DNA of 64,000 nucleotides from assembly GCA_014729775.1 (NCBI GenBank), contig WJJJ01000031.1:7074-71073 (forward strand), given 5' to 3'. The position numbers were made by a program, and so were the translations under genes. Under the pieces are notes generated by a model that was not told the origin of the DNA, did not search any database, and saw nothing but the letters and a program-made list of their open reading frames with translations. This document shows positions 9,716 to 19,586 of this stretch, piece after piece (the first letter of the stretch is position 1; the number at the start of each line of letters is the position of its first letter). The DNA comes from Candidatus Omnitrophota bacterium (GTDB lineage: Bacteria > Omnitrophota > Gorgyraeia > Duberdicusellales > 4484-171).

Positions 9716-10837
9716 ATGGTCAAAGACCGAACTAATTCAATTCTCAGGATCCTGTCGGTTGTTTTCTTCCTGTATCTTTTTCTCGTAAGCATCGGGCTTA
9801 TGGGAGAAGCGTTTAAGGGCTTCGGGCGCGATTTTGCCCAACGCCTGATTGCTACTACCTCCAATCCGTTTGTCGGTTTATTTATAGGTATCCTCACCAC
9901 GAGTCTCGTGCAGAGTTCCTCTACGACTACATGTATCGTGGTCGGCATGGTAAGTTCCGGCGTTCTCACTGTACCGAACGCGGTTCCGATCGTCTTAGGG
10001 GCGAACGTGGGCACCACGGTGACCAATACTCTCGTCTCACTGGGCCATATCAGCCGCCGGGAAGAATTCAAACGCGCGGTCAGCGGAAGTACGGTGCATG
10101 ATTTTTTCAATCTGATGTGTGTCGCGATTATTCTTCCGCTTGAGCTGTTGACGGGATTCTTAAGTACCGCGGCAGTTTCGATGACAAAAATATTCGCCAA
10201 TTTCGGAGGGTTTCAGTTTACCAGTCCTTTAAAAGCGGTGACGGAGCCTGGGATTGACCAATGTGTTGCGTTGATTAAAAGTTTTCCTCTTACGGCCCCT
10301 TTGACCTCTCTTCTTCTTCTTGCGATTTCCTGTGTATTCCTGTTTCTTTCCCTTTATTTCATCGTGAAAAATATGCGGGGGCTGGTTGTTGACCGGGTTG
10401 AAATTCTCTTGAATAACGTGGTAGGACGACACGGTCTGCTGGCGATTTTCGCCGGTATGATTTTTACTGCCGTCATTCAGAGCAGTTCCATTACCACTTC
10501 TCTGATGATTCCTCTTGTCGCGTCGGGTATTCTTACTGTGGAAACGATCTTCCCTATTACCATGGGGGCGAATATCGGTACTACTGTGACCTCGATGCTT
10601 GCCGCATTCGCCACGGGGAATCCCGCGGCGATCTCGGTGGCTTTTTCTCATTTTCTCTTTAATCTCATCGGGGTAACCGTCCTCTATCCTATTCGCATAC
10701 TGCGTACGGTACCCGTACGGATGGCGCTGCACCTGGGGAATCTCGCCTATCGGCGGAGAAGATACGTACCGATATATGTGTTAACGCTGTTTTTTCTTAT
10801 CCCGGCGTTGTTGATATTCATTTCGCGGATTTTTTAA
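9716..10837 (+). CDS. nptA: Na+/phosphate cotransporter (NptA/SLC34 family)
   Basis: Two QSSS repeats, each followed by GAN(V/I)GTT. Confidence 0.92.
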   Translation: MVKDRTNSILRILSVVFFLYLFLVSIGLMGEAFKGFGRDFAQRLIATTSNPFVGLFIGILTTSLVQSSSTTTCIVVGMVSSGVLTVPNAVPIVLGANVGTTVTNTLVSLGHISRREEFKRAVSGSTVHDFFNLMCVAIILPLELLTGFLSTAAVSMTKIFANFGGFQFTSPLKAVTEPGIDQCVALIKSFPLTAPLTSLLLLAISCVFLFLSLYFIVKNMRGLVVDRVEILLNNVVGRHGLLAIFAGMIFTAVIQSSSITTSLMIPLVASGILTVETIFPITMGANIGTTVTSMLAAFATGNPAAISVAFSHFLFNLIGVTVLYPIRILRTVPVRMALHLGNLAYRRRRYVPIYVLTLFFLIPALLIFISRIF

Positions 10838-10851
10838 ACTAAGGAGGCACT

Positions 10852-11532
10852 ATGTTTCATAATCTTCTGCAATTCTGGAAAGGAAAAGGATTTCTCAATC
10901 AAGTGCTCGCGGACTTTCAAATCATGCTTGATGATACTGAAAAAATGTATCGCGCTGTATGTCGCGCGTTGTTTTTCCGGGAAGATCAGCCGGGGTTGTC
11001 GGAAAAAGTGTATTCGATCGATCAGCAGGTGAATAGGCTTGAACGCGAGATACGTAAACGGGTGGTCGAGCACCTTTCCGTACAGCCTTCCGGCGACGTA
11101 GCGACGTGTCTTCTGCTGATGAGTGTGGTCAAAGATGCCGAGCGGCTCGGTGATTATGCGAAAAATCTTCTCGAAGTCGATAAGCTTCTGCAAAAGCCGC
11201 TGGAACAGCGGCATCATTATCTCCGGGTGTTCCAGCAACTGGAAGGATCGGTCGCGAAACTGTTTACTCAGACAAAGAAAGCGTTTATCGAATCCGATGA
11301 AAAGATCGCTGCCGAAACATGGAATGTGGAACGGACGATCCTGAAACGCTGCGAAGAAATTATTGAGGGGGTAGCGCAAAGCACGGACCTGACGGCGAAT
11401 GAGGCGGCATGTTTTGTGTTAATTGCGCGATATTTCAAACGTATTACCGCCCACCTTGCGAATATCGCGACTTCCGTGATTTTGCCGCTTTCCGATCTGG
11501 ATTATTTTGATGAGCGGCGTCGAGGGGAATGA
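10852..11532 (+). CDS. PhoU-domain protein
   Basis: E.EIR..V, KDAERLGDYAKNL, RYFKRITAHLANIA; next to a Pi transporter. Confidence 0.85.
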   Translation: MFHNLLQFWKGKGFLNQVLADFQIMLDDTEKMYRAVCRALFFREDQPGLSEKVYSIDQQVNRLEREIRKRVVEHLSVQPSGDVATCLLLMSVVKDAERLGDYAKNLLEVDKLLQKPLEQRHHYLRVFQQLEGSVAKLFTQTKKAFIESDEKIAAETWNVERTILKRCEEIIEGVAQSTDLTANEAACFVLIARYFKRITAHLANIATSVILPLSDLDYFDERRRGE

Positions 11533-11924
11533 TCGGCAGCGGAGGTCAACGCGGCCAGGATCTTGCGGTCCACCGGAGCCAGATCCATCGTTCCTGCTTC
11601 GGACAGCGAAAGAAAGCGCAGGGCGTGACAGTCTTTGGTGCGGGGACGGCCCTTTTTTATCCGGCAGCGGAATAAGGATACGGTAATTTTGAGGAACGGG
11701 TTTTCGTCCGTAAATTCACCGATGAGGTCTTCGGCCTTTATTTCAATATCAAGCTCTTCTTCGATTTCCCGTTCGATCGCGGCCGTGAGCGTTTCCTCCG
11801 GTTCCACTTTCCCTCCGGGAAATTCCCAGAGAAGGCCGTAATGATCTTCGGGATTCCGCTGGCAAAGCAGGATTTTTCCCTGGTGGCCGATCAGCGCGGC
11901 GACGATCTCCATTTCTTTCTTCAT
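11502..11924 (-). CDS. mutT: MutT-like NUDIX (d)NTP pyrophosphohydrolase
   Basis: WEFPGGKVEPEETLTAAIEREIEEELDI Nudix box; ATGA overlap with upstream gene. Confidence 0.85.
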   Translation of the reverse strand: MKKEMEIVAALIGHQGKILLCQRNPEDHYGLLWEFPGGKVEPEETLTAAIEREIEEELDIEIKAEDLIGEFTDENPFLKITVSLFRCRIKKGRPRTKDCHALRFLSLSEAGTMDLAPVDRKILAALTSAADHSPRRRSSK

Positions 11925-13396
11925 CCGTGTCCCCTCCATGCGGGTAAAAGCTCTTTCGCGAAAATCGTGTCCAGCCCGAGGATGTCATGAGGATCGAAGT
12001 AATGTTTCAGTGCTGCCATTTCTCTTATCCGGTGTGCCGGGTACATCAGCCGCAGAAGATCTCTTTTCAGTTTTCCGATTCCGTGTTCTGCGGATACCGT
12101 CCCGCCTAAGGCGACCGCTCTTTCACAGAACAGGATGAGATACTTTTTTGCTTTGCGTTCTTCCTTTTTATTCCGAGGAAGGAAATTAAAGTGGAGATGG
12201 GATTCTCCGATATGGCCGAAATTGACATAGGGCAGGCCTGATTCCTCTCCGAGGGTTTTATAGTACCGGTACATCTGCCTAAATGCCCGCCGCGGCACCG
12301 CGATATCGGTCGCTCTTTTTACCACGCGGTGTTGACGAAGATATTCATTGATATGCTGGGGAAGCGAATGACGGAAGGAGAAAATACGTTCTCTTTCCTG
12401 CGGTGTGTCGGCAAGGATGCTTTGACCGGCATCCGCTCCGTGCGTTTCGGCAAGCTGCACCCACTGCGCCATCGCGGGTTCGTACTCCGGCTCTCGTTCG
12501 ATTTCCTGTTCAAAATAGACAGCGGTTCCTGAAGCGGGAATAAACGGATTCTCGTCGCGTAAAAATTCAAGTGAACGGGCATCAAAATATTCCAGCGCGG
12601 CCGGGCAGAGTATTCCGCGCGCGGTCAAACTCCTTGCGTGTTCGACCAGGCGAAACGCCCGGCGTTCGTCCGGGAGAAACAAAAGGCCGTAAAAGGAAGT
12701 GAACGGTATTTTTTGCAGTTGAAGGACGATCCTGGTAATGATCCCCAGCGTGCCTTCGCTGCCGATAATCAGGTCAATCAGATCGAGATCATTCGTGGCT
12801 CGGTAGCCTGCTTGAGTTTTGATCCCGGGTGCGGTATAGCCGGGGAGAATGAGATCGAAAGTTTTCCGGGGGAATTCGGCGTATAGCTTCCGGCCGCAAG
12901 CCCGATGGCGGCCGCGGCGTATGGTGATCGATTCACCGGTGGTGAGCAGCAGATCAAGCGAGCGGATATACGTACGGATGGAACCGTATTTAAATCCGCG
13001 GACTCCCGATGCGCAGGTACCGACGATTCCCCCGGCCCTCGCCAGCCATTCGGTGGATGCGGCCCGCAGAGTGTATCCGTGGGGACGCGCCGCCTGGTTG
13101 AGATCGTCGAGACTCACTCCCGGTTCGATGACCGCTATTCCCCTGTCAGGATCAATAGAGTGAATTCTCTGGAGATTTTCCACGGAACAGAGCGCACCGC
13201 TTTGCGGTATTCCCGCGCCGGTAGTGCCGGTACGGCCGGCGGATACGGTAAAAGGGATGCGGGAGGCGCGGCATTGCGCCAATGCGGAGTGAATCTCTTC
13301 GGTACGGTCGGGAATGTAGACGACGTCGGCGTACCCCGGGATATTTGAGGTGTCTTCCAAATAACTGTCGAGATCCGGCCCGGATTTTGTTTTCAT
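11921..13396 (-). CDS. FAD-linked oxidoreductase (GlcD / D-2-hydroxyacid dehydrogenase family)
   Basis: AGRTGTTGA, IGSEGTLGIIT, FGHIGESHLH, SAEHGIGKLK. Confidence 0.85.
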   Translation of the reverse strand: MKTKSGPDLDSYLEDTSNIPGYADVVYIPDRTEEIHSALAQCRASRIPFTVSAGRTGTTGAGIPQSGALCSVENLQRIHSIDPDRGIAVIEPGVSLDDLNQAARPHGYTLRAASTEWLARAGGIVGTCASGVRGFKYGSIRTYIRSLDLLLTTGESITIRRGRHRACGRKLYAEFPRKTFDLILPGYTAPGIKTQAGYRATNDLDLIDLIIGSEGTLGIITRIVLQLQKIPFTSFYGLLFLPDERRAFRLVEHARSLTARGILCPAALEYFDARSLEFLRDENPFIPASGTAVYFEQEIEREPEYEPAMAQWVQLAETHGADAGQSILADTPQERERIFSFRHSLPQHINEYLRQHRVVKRATDIAVPRRAFRQMYRYYKTLGEESGLPYVNFGHIGESHLHFNFLPRNKKEERKAKKYLILFCERAVALGGTVSAEHGIGKLKRDLLRLMYPAHRIREMAALKHYFDPHDILGLDTIFAKELLPAWRGHG

Positions 13397-13409
13397 GGCA
13401 AGCGCGGTT

Positions 13410-14651
13410 TCAGGCTTCCTGAGCTAAAAACGGAATGATTTCCGAAAGCGTGGGGTGCACGAACATCATTTCCGCGAGATTATCGGTCGTAAGGCGGCGT
13501 TGTACGCATACCGTGATAATATGAATTAATTCCGCGGCTCTCTCTGAGAGTACAGAGGCGCCGAGTATTCTGTGGTCCTCTCCTACAATGAGTTCCAGAT
13601 ATCCTTCCGTATCATCGTATACACGGGCCGAGGAATACTGAGCGAAGTGCGTGCCCAGAACCGAATGCGTGATTTTTCTCCGTTCGGCTTCTTGCCTGCC
13701 GATTCCGACCCGGGCCAGTTGAGGCGAAGAAAACACGCATGACGGTATTACGGGATAGTTTTCCTTTTTGCTCTTGCCGGCGGCATTGGCGGCGATCAGT
13801 TCCCCCTGATAAGCGGCGGTATAGGCCAGCAGATACTTCCCGTTGACGTCGCCGCAGGCATAAATATGGGGCTCTTTTGTGCGCAGATACTCATCGGTAA
13901 GGATCCATCCGCGGGAATCGCGTGCGATGGGGGTGTGTTCCAGCCCGAGTCCGTCGGTGTGTGCGGTCCGGCCGGCGGCGACCAGGATATGATCATATTC
14001 ATTCAGGGGATACTCATGTATGTCTTTACCCGTGTGGATCTCGATCCCTCTTTTTTTTAAAGCGGTTTTTAAACGGGCAGTGATCTGCCGGTCGAATCCG
14101 GACAGGATCCTTGGTTCTTTTTCGACGACGGTGACTTCCTGTCCGAATTGCCTGAGCAGTCCCGCGATTTCGATTCCGATGTAGCCGGCCCCGACGATCA
14201 GACTGCGCCGGCCGATACGCGGGCAGGAGAATATCTGCTCGGCGGGCATTACCCCTTTTCCTTGAAGAAATATCTGGGGCCGGGATCCGACCGCGATTAC
14301 GTACACGCGGGCCGTAATTTTCCGGGAACCCACTTCAAGCGTATGCGGGTCGCGAAAGGAGGCCTTTCCCCATATAAGGTCTATCCCGGATTTGCGGAAA
14401 AAGTCCGGCAGCGGACGTTTCATTTGATCAATGGCCGAATTCTTTTCCCGGAAGATGTTTTCCCACTGTGCGGATGAACCGGCGCGGTGCAGAAAAAATT
14501 TTGTGGGGATACAGCCGGTATTCAGGCAGACTCCGCCCAGGTGGTTCTGGTCCTGTTCGACAAGCGCGGTGGTGAGACCGAACGCCCGGGCCTTTTTTGC
14601 GCAGGCCAGGCCGCCGGGACCGCTTCCGATTATCGCAATGTCATACTTCAC
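13410..14651 (-). CDS. lpdA: Dihydrolipoyl dehydrogenase-like pyridine nucleotide-disulfide oxidoreductase
   Basis: GSGPGG, GGVCLNTGCIPTK, GAGYIGIE, HPTLSE. Confidence 0.8.
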   Translation of the reverse strand: MKYDIAIIGSGPGGLACAKKARAFGLTTALVEQDQNHLGGVCLNTGCIPTKFFLHRAGSSAQWENIFREKNSAIDQMKRPLPDFFRKSGIDLIWGKASFRDPHTLEVGSRKITARVYVIAVGSRPQIFLQGKGVMPAEQIFSCPRIGRRSLIVGAGYIGIEIAGLLRQFGQEVTVVEKEPRILSGFDRQITARLKTALKKRGIEIHTGKDIHEYPLNEYDHILVAAGRTAHTDGLGLEHTPIARDSRGWILTDEYLRTKEPHIYACGDVNGKYLLAYTAAYQGELIAANAAGKSKKENYPVIPSCVFSSPQLARVGIGRQEAERRKITHSVLGTHFAQYSSARVYDDTEGYLELIVGEDHRILGASVLSERAAELIHIITVCVQRRLTTDNLAEMMFVHPTLSEIIPFLAQEA

Positions 14652-15552
14652 GGAATGCGTCCATCAACGTGCGAAGCTGGGTGTGTTCTCCTTCGCTAAG
14701 TTCGAATTCCAGGATGCGTTCGATCCCCTGCCGGGAAATCACGCAGGGAGCTCCCATGCACACATCATGCCTGCCGAATTCTCCGTTGAGCAGTACCGAT
14801 ACCGGGAAGATACGGTGGCCGTCAGCGGCGATCGCTTCCACGAGCTGGGAGATCGCGGCTGCAGGGGCAAAGTGTGCGCTTCCCGTTTTTAAATGGCCGA
14901 CGATTTCCGCTCCCCGCTGTTGTACCCGGGTACGGAGTTCATCAAGATCCTGAGCGGGAAACAACTGCGGAAGCGGAGTGCCTTCGATATGGATTCGCTC
15001 GGGATTCACTACCATGTCTTTGGAGTGGGCGCCGAACACGAATCCTCCGATATTGGCCGCGGAGATTCCGCTTTTCTGTGAAAGAATGTTCATCATCCGG
15101 GAGGTGTCGAGTGAGGATCCCATCCCGAAAACCCGCGTGCGCGGCAGGCCCGAGGCGCGAACCGCAACCCGGGTGATCAGATCCAGGGGATTGGTGACCA
15201 GGATGAAAATCGCGTCTGGGCTCGCGGCGGCAACCGGTTTCACGATTGATTCAATGATGAGTTTGTTCTTTTCATAGAGATCGGCCCGGGTCATTCCCTG
15301 CTTTCTGGGGAGTCCGGCCGTGACGATGACGATGTCTGATTCCGCGGCGAGGGCCGCTTCTGTCCCGGCGAGAATTTTGGTGGGAAAGCCCAGGATTCCG
15401 CGGGTGTCCTCCAAGTCAAGACCGATTCCCGCGGCGCGGCCTCCGGCGGTGTCGATAAGCGCCAGCTTAGCCGGAGAGGTACGGTTGAGAATTTGGAACG
15501 CGGCCGTGGCTCCGACGTGGCCGCATCCTATCATTGAAATTTTTTTTATCAT
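14641..15552 (-). CDS. mdh: Malate dehydrogenase (LDH-like)
   Basis: GCGHVG, TAGLPRKQGMTRADL (Arg of MDH specificity loop), NPLD, LDTSR, GSAHFAP. Confidence 0.9.
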   Translation of the reverse strand: MIKKISMIGCGHVGATAAFQILNRTSPAKLALIDTAGGRAAGIGLDLEDTRGILGFPTKILAGTEAALAAESDIVIVTAGLPRKQGMTRADLYEKNKLIIESIVKPVAAASPDAIFILVTNPLDLITRVAVRASGLPRTRVFGMGSSLDTSRMMNILSQKSGISAANIGGFVFGAHSKDMVVNPERIHIEGTPLPQLFPAQDLDELRTRVQQRGAEIVGHLKTGSAHFAPAAAISQLVEAIAADGHRIFPVSVLLNGEFGRHDVCMGAPCVISRQGIERILEFELSEGEHTQLRTLMDAFREV

Positions 15553-16646
15553 GCCGATGCCTTACTTTTGATTTTTTCGCAAATTGCTTGGGCCATTTCG
15601 TCGGTACTGACCGCGCTGGGATCGTCGCGGTCGTCCTTGAGATCATAGGTGACGGATTTTCCTTCTTCGATGACTTCTCTGGTCGCGTTTTCGAGCTGGA
15701 CTGCTTTTTCGTATTCTCCCAGATGTTTCAGCATGAGCACTGCCGAGAAAATTGTGGCGGCGGGATTCACTTTATTTTTCCCCGCGTATTTCGGCGCACT
15801 TCCGTGAGTAGGCTCGAACACGGCGATCTCATCGCCGATGTTCGCGCCGGCGGCAAGTCCAAGCCCTCCGATCAGTCCGGCAGCCAGGTCTGAAACAATG
15901 TCTCCGTAGAGATTGGGCAACACCAGGATATCGAAATGCCCGGGACGTTTTACCAGCTGCATGGAAAGATTATCCACGATCGCGTCTTTGACGATGATCT
16001 TTTCTTCGTAACTTTTCGCTACGTCCATAAACGTCCGCAGAAACAGTCCGTCCGAACATTTCATGATGTTCGCTTTATGGATACAGGTTACTTTCTTTCG
16101 TTTATTTTTGAGGGCGTATTCACACGCGAATTTCGCGATCCTCGCGGAGGCGTACCGGGAAATCGGCTTTATCGAAAGCGCGCTTCCCTGGCGTATTTGG
16201 GCCCGGGACATTCCGTTCATCGTGCTGATCAGTTTTTCGGCTTCGTCGCTTCCGGCTTCGAATTCGACGCCGCTATAGAGATCTTCGGTGTTTTCCCTCA
16301 TTACTACCAAATCCACATCGTGAAAAGGAACTCCCGGGATACGTAACGATTTTACCGGACGCAGGCACACGAAGAGATCGAACATTTGCCGAATGGTGAC
16401 GTTGATCGAGCGGAATCCTTTACCGACCGGAGTGGTGATCGGACCTTTCAGCGCGACCTTATTTTTTTTGATCGCTTCGACGGTGTGTGCGGGCAGGAGT
16501 TCTCCCTCCTGTTCGTAAGCTGTTTCTCCGGCGGTATGCACGTCCCAGGCGATATCAACGTCCAGGGCGTCCACGCATTTCCGGGTGGCTCCCGTGACTT
16601 CCGGTCCGATTCCGTCTCCGGGTATTAAGGTGATGGGATAACTCAT
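15549..16646 (-). CDS. icd: Isocitrate dehydrogenase (isocitrate/isopropylmalate family)
   Basis: GDGIGPEV, KGPITTPVGKGFRSINV, RENTEDLY, HKANIMK, FEPTHGSAP. Confidence 0.85.
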   Translation of the reverse strand: MSYPITLIPGDGIGPEVTGATRKCVDALDVDIAWDVHTAGETAYEQEGELLPAHTVEAIKKNKVALKGPITTPVGKGFRSINVTIRQMFDLFVCLRPVKSLRIPGVPFHDVDLVVMRENTEDLYSGVEFEAGSDEAEKLISTMNGMSRAQIRQGSALSIKPISRYASARIAKFACEYALKNKRKKVTCIHKANIMKCSDGLFLRTFMDVAKSYEEKIIVKDAIVDNLSMQLVKRPGHFDILVLPNLYGDIVSDLAAGLIGGLGLAAGANIGDEIAVFEPTHGSAPKYAGKNKVNPAATIFSAVLMLKHLGEYEKAVQLENATREVIEEGKSVTYDLKDDRDDPSAVSTDEMAQAICEKIKSKASA

Positions 16647-16732
16647 ACGCGGTCCTTTCTTTTTGTGTTCGTCCGGCCGCATGCGCGGCGGCTGCGGGAG
16701 ATCGTTCTGGAGGGAGTCCCGACCACACGGAG

Positions 16733-17239
16733 TTACCGTGTGAGTGACAGATCTCCGTGTGTGTTCAGATAGTTGATGATCCCCCCGGTCTGGATAAGTT
16801 CTTTCTGGAAATCATTCCAGGGAGTGAACCGGATTTCCCGTGCGGAGTCGCGCGTAGTGAGAAAGCCGGTATCCAGGTTTACTGACACGTGGTCTCCTTC
16901 GGTGAGTCCGGACGTATCTGCTTCGACCAGCGGTAATCCGATATTGAACGCATTGCGGTAAAAAATCCGGGCGAAATTTTTCGCGATCACGCAGTTGATG
17001 CCCGCCTCCTTGATGGCCCAGGGCGCCTGTTCCCGGGAAGAACCCATCCCAAAATTTTCTCCGGCAATGAGAATTGCGTTGCCATGGTCGATTTCGTCAT
17101 AGAAATTGGGACGGATATCTTCGAACAGATACTTTGCCAGTTCTTTCATGTCGGTAATTTTGAATTTATAGCGTCCGGAGATAATCCAGTCCGTGTTGAT
17201 GTTGTCGCCGAATACGTGTGCTTTTCCTTCCAGTATCAT
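16733..17239 (-). CDS. Aconitase-family small subunit (LeuD/HacB-like)
   Basis: DNINTDWII, AGENFGMGSSREQA, FARIFYRNAFNIGLP. Confidence 0.9.
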   Translation of the reverse strand: MILEGKAHVFGDNINTDWIISGRYKFKITDMKELAKYLFEDIRPNFYDEIDHGNAILIAGENFGMGSSREQAPWAIKEAGINCVIAKNFARIFYRNAFNIGLPLVEADTSGLTEGDHVSVNLDTGFLTTRDSAREIRFTPWNDFQKELIQTGGIINYLNTHGDLSLTR

Positions 17240-17265
17240 TACGGTCCTTTCCTTTCCCGTTCAAA

Positions 17266-18315
17266 CTACAAACTCTCGAATTCCTTTACGTTCTTGACTT
17301 TCGTCAGGGCGATTTCTTTCGAAATCACTCCTTTTCGGTAGAAATCTTTTAAGCACTTATCCATTGTATACATGCCGTATTGCGCGCCCATTTGCATCAG
17401 CGAAGGAATTTGGGCTACCTCCCCTTCGCGGATCAGGTTTCTGATCCCGGGTGTGGCGATCATGATCTCGGTTGCGAGCACCCGGCCGATTCCGCCCTTT
17501 TTCGGCAGCAACAGTTGGGAAATCACTCCCTGGAGGGAATCGGCGAGCTGAATGCGCACCTGTTTCTGCTGATGCGGAGGGAATACGTCGATAATCCGCT
17601 GTACCGTTTGCGGCGCGTCGGGCGTGTGGAGTGTCGCCAGCACCAGATGTCCGGTTTCCGCGGCGGTGAGAGTGGTGGAAATCGTCTGCAAATCCCTCAT
17701 TTCTCCGACGACAATCACGTCGGGGTCCTGACGCAGGGCCCGACGGAGTGCTTCCGGAAACGAATGGGTATCGGAATATACTTCCCGTTGTTTGACCACG
17801 CTTTTTTTGTTGGTATACACAAATTCAATGGGATCCTCGATGCATACAATCATCTGTTGTGTTTCGCGGTTGATGATGTCGATCATTGTTGCCAGCGTGG
17901 TGCTTTTCCCCGTGCCGGTGGGCCCGGTGAGCAGGACCAGACCGTTTGGTTTGCGGCTCAGATCGTGCACGATATTGGGGATTCCCAGGTCGTCCAGGGA
18001 GGGAATTTCTTTGGGGATCCGCCGAAGGGCCGCTTCGATATTTCCGCGCTGGTAATGTACGTTAATACGGAACCGGTCCATGTCCGGAAGGGCGAACGAA
18101 TAATCCAGTTCCTTATCCCTTTCGAACATCGCTTTTTGCTCATCGTTGAGAATACTGTAAATAAGCGTTTTCGTGTCCTGTGAACCGAGCACCGGAAGGT
18201 CGGGAAGAAACAGATTGCCGTCGATGCGTAAAATAGGAGGACGGTCAACGGTGATATGCAGGTCACTTGCTTTTTTTTCGATTGTCAGTTTGAGTAAACT
18301 GGTGATGTCGACCAT
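17266..18315 (-). CDS. pilT: Type IV pilus retraction ATPase
   Basis: ASDLH, GPTGTGKSTT, EDPIE, DPDVIVVGEMRD, TGHLVLATLHT, GIRNLIRE. Confidence 0.93.
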   Translation of the reverse strand: MVDITSLLKLTIEKKASDLHITVDRPPILRIDGNLFLPDLPVLGSQDTKTLIYSILNDEQKAMFERDKELDYSFALPDMDRFRINVHYQRGNIEAALRRIPKEIPSLDDLGIPNIVHDLSRKPNGLVLLTGPTGTGKSTTLATMIDIINRETQQMIVCIEDPIEFVYTNKKSVVKQREVYSDTHSFPEALRRALRQDPDVIVVGEMRDLQTISTTLTAAETGHLVLATLHTPDAPQTVQRIIDVFPPHQQKQVRIQLADSLQGVISQLLLPKKGGIGRVLATEIMIATPGIRNLIREGEVAQIPSLMQMGAQYGMYTMDKCLKDFYRKGVISKEIALTKVKNVKEFESL

Positions 18316-18331
18316 CGTTTCCCCCCTCTGC

Positions 18332-19585
18332 TTACGGCAAATATTTACGCGGGTCGGTAATGGCCCCCGTAAGCGCCGAGGCCGCCACCGTGGCCGGAGA
18401 CGCTAAATATATCTCACTGTGCGGATTCCCCATTCTTCCTTTGAAATTACGGTTCGCCGTAGACAGGGTGATTTCTCCGTCTGCGGGTACGCCCTGGTGC
18501 GTTCCCACGCACGGTCCGCAGCCCGGGGGCAGGATGATTGCTCCGGAATCGGTGAAGACCCTGATCAGCCCTTCGTCAAGCGCCGTCGAGAATATTTTCC
18601 GGGAGGCGGGCGCAATCAGCAGTTTTGTATCGCGGGCGACCTTTTTACCCCGGAGTATCTGCGCGGCGATCCGTAGATCTTCCATTCTTCCGTTGGTGCA
18701 CGTTCCCAAAAAAGCCTGATGGATACCGGTACCTTCCACTTCTTCTACCGGGCATCCGTTGTCTACAGTATGGGGCTTGGCGACATAGGGCGGTATGCTG
18801 CTGACGTCATATTCGATCGTTTTCTCGTAGACGCAGTCGGGATCGGGAGTAACCGGTTCACTTTTTTCCAGGCCGAGCGCGCGCAAAAGAGCGAGTGTCT
18901 TCTCGTCCTGGGGCATGAATCCGCATTTTGCACCGAATTCGATAGTCATATTGGTAATGGTGAACCGGGCGTCCATAGAGAGTTGTTCGACTGTTTTCCC
19001 CGTGAACTCGACCGCTTTGTAAGTAGCGCCGTTTGCTCCAAGGGAATGAATCACATGCAGGATAATATCTTTACTGTATACTCCTTTGGGAACCGAGCCC
19101 TTCAATATGATCTGATACGTAGCCGGTACTTTAAACCAGTTCTTGCCGGTTTGCAGAGTTACGGCCAAATCGGTCGACCCGACGCCGAACGCGGCCGCGC
19201 CGAGCGCGCCGGCAGTCGAGGTGTGCGAATCCGCGCCCAGGATCAGCGCGCCGGGAAAGGCCAATCCCTCTTCGATGACGAGCTGATGGGAAATGCCGCA
19301 GCCGACGTCATAGAGGGTACTCCGGTGTTCCCGGGCAAATTCCCTCATTTTGCTGTGTACTCTGGATACGCCCAGATTGGGCGAAGGACTGCTGTGGTCG
19401 ATGAACATCGCGTAATGCTCGGGATGGGCGAGCGCCTGCTGGAATTTCGCGAGCGCATCAATGACCAGAGCGCTGGTGCCGTCTTGAGAAAAACAGAAAT
19501 CGACCGAACACACCCCTACTTCTCCGGCCGTAAGTTGTGTTCCCGAATGAGCCGATAATATTTTTTCGATGACAGTGTGTCCCAT
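18332..19585 (-). CDS. Aconitase-family large subunit (LeuC/HacA-like, 4Fe-4S)
   Basis: GADSHT, GTCTNGR, PGCGPCVG, NRNFKGRMG, LASPATVAASA. Confidence 0.92.
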   Translation of the reverse strand: MGHTVIEKILSAHSGTQLTAGEVGVCSVDFCFSQDGTSALVIDALAKFQQALAHPEHYAMFIDHSSPSPNLGVSRVHSKMREFAREHRSTLYDVGCGISHQLVIEEGLAFPGALILGADSHTSTAGALGAAAFGVGSTDLAVTLQTGKNWFKVPATYQIILKGSVPKGVYSKDIILHVIHSLGANGATYKAVEFTGKTVEQLSMDARFTITNMTIEFGAKCGFMPQDEKTLALLRALGLEKSEPVTPDPDCVYEKTIEYDVSSIPPYVAKPHTVDNGCPVEEVEGTGIHQAFLGTCTNGRMEDLRIAAQILRGKKVARDTKLLIAPASRKIFSTALDEGLIRVFTDSGAIILPPGCGPCVGTHQGVPADGEITLSTANRNFKGRMGNPHSEIYLASPATVAASALTGAITDPRKYLP

Positions 19586-19586
19586 A

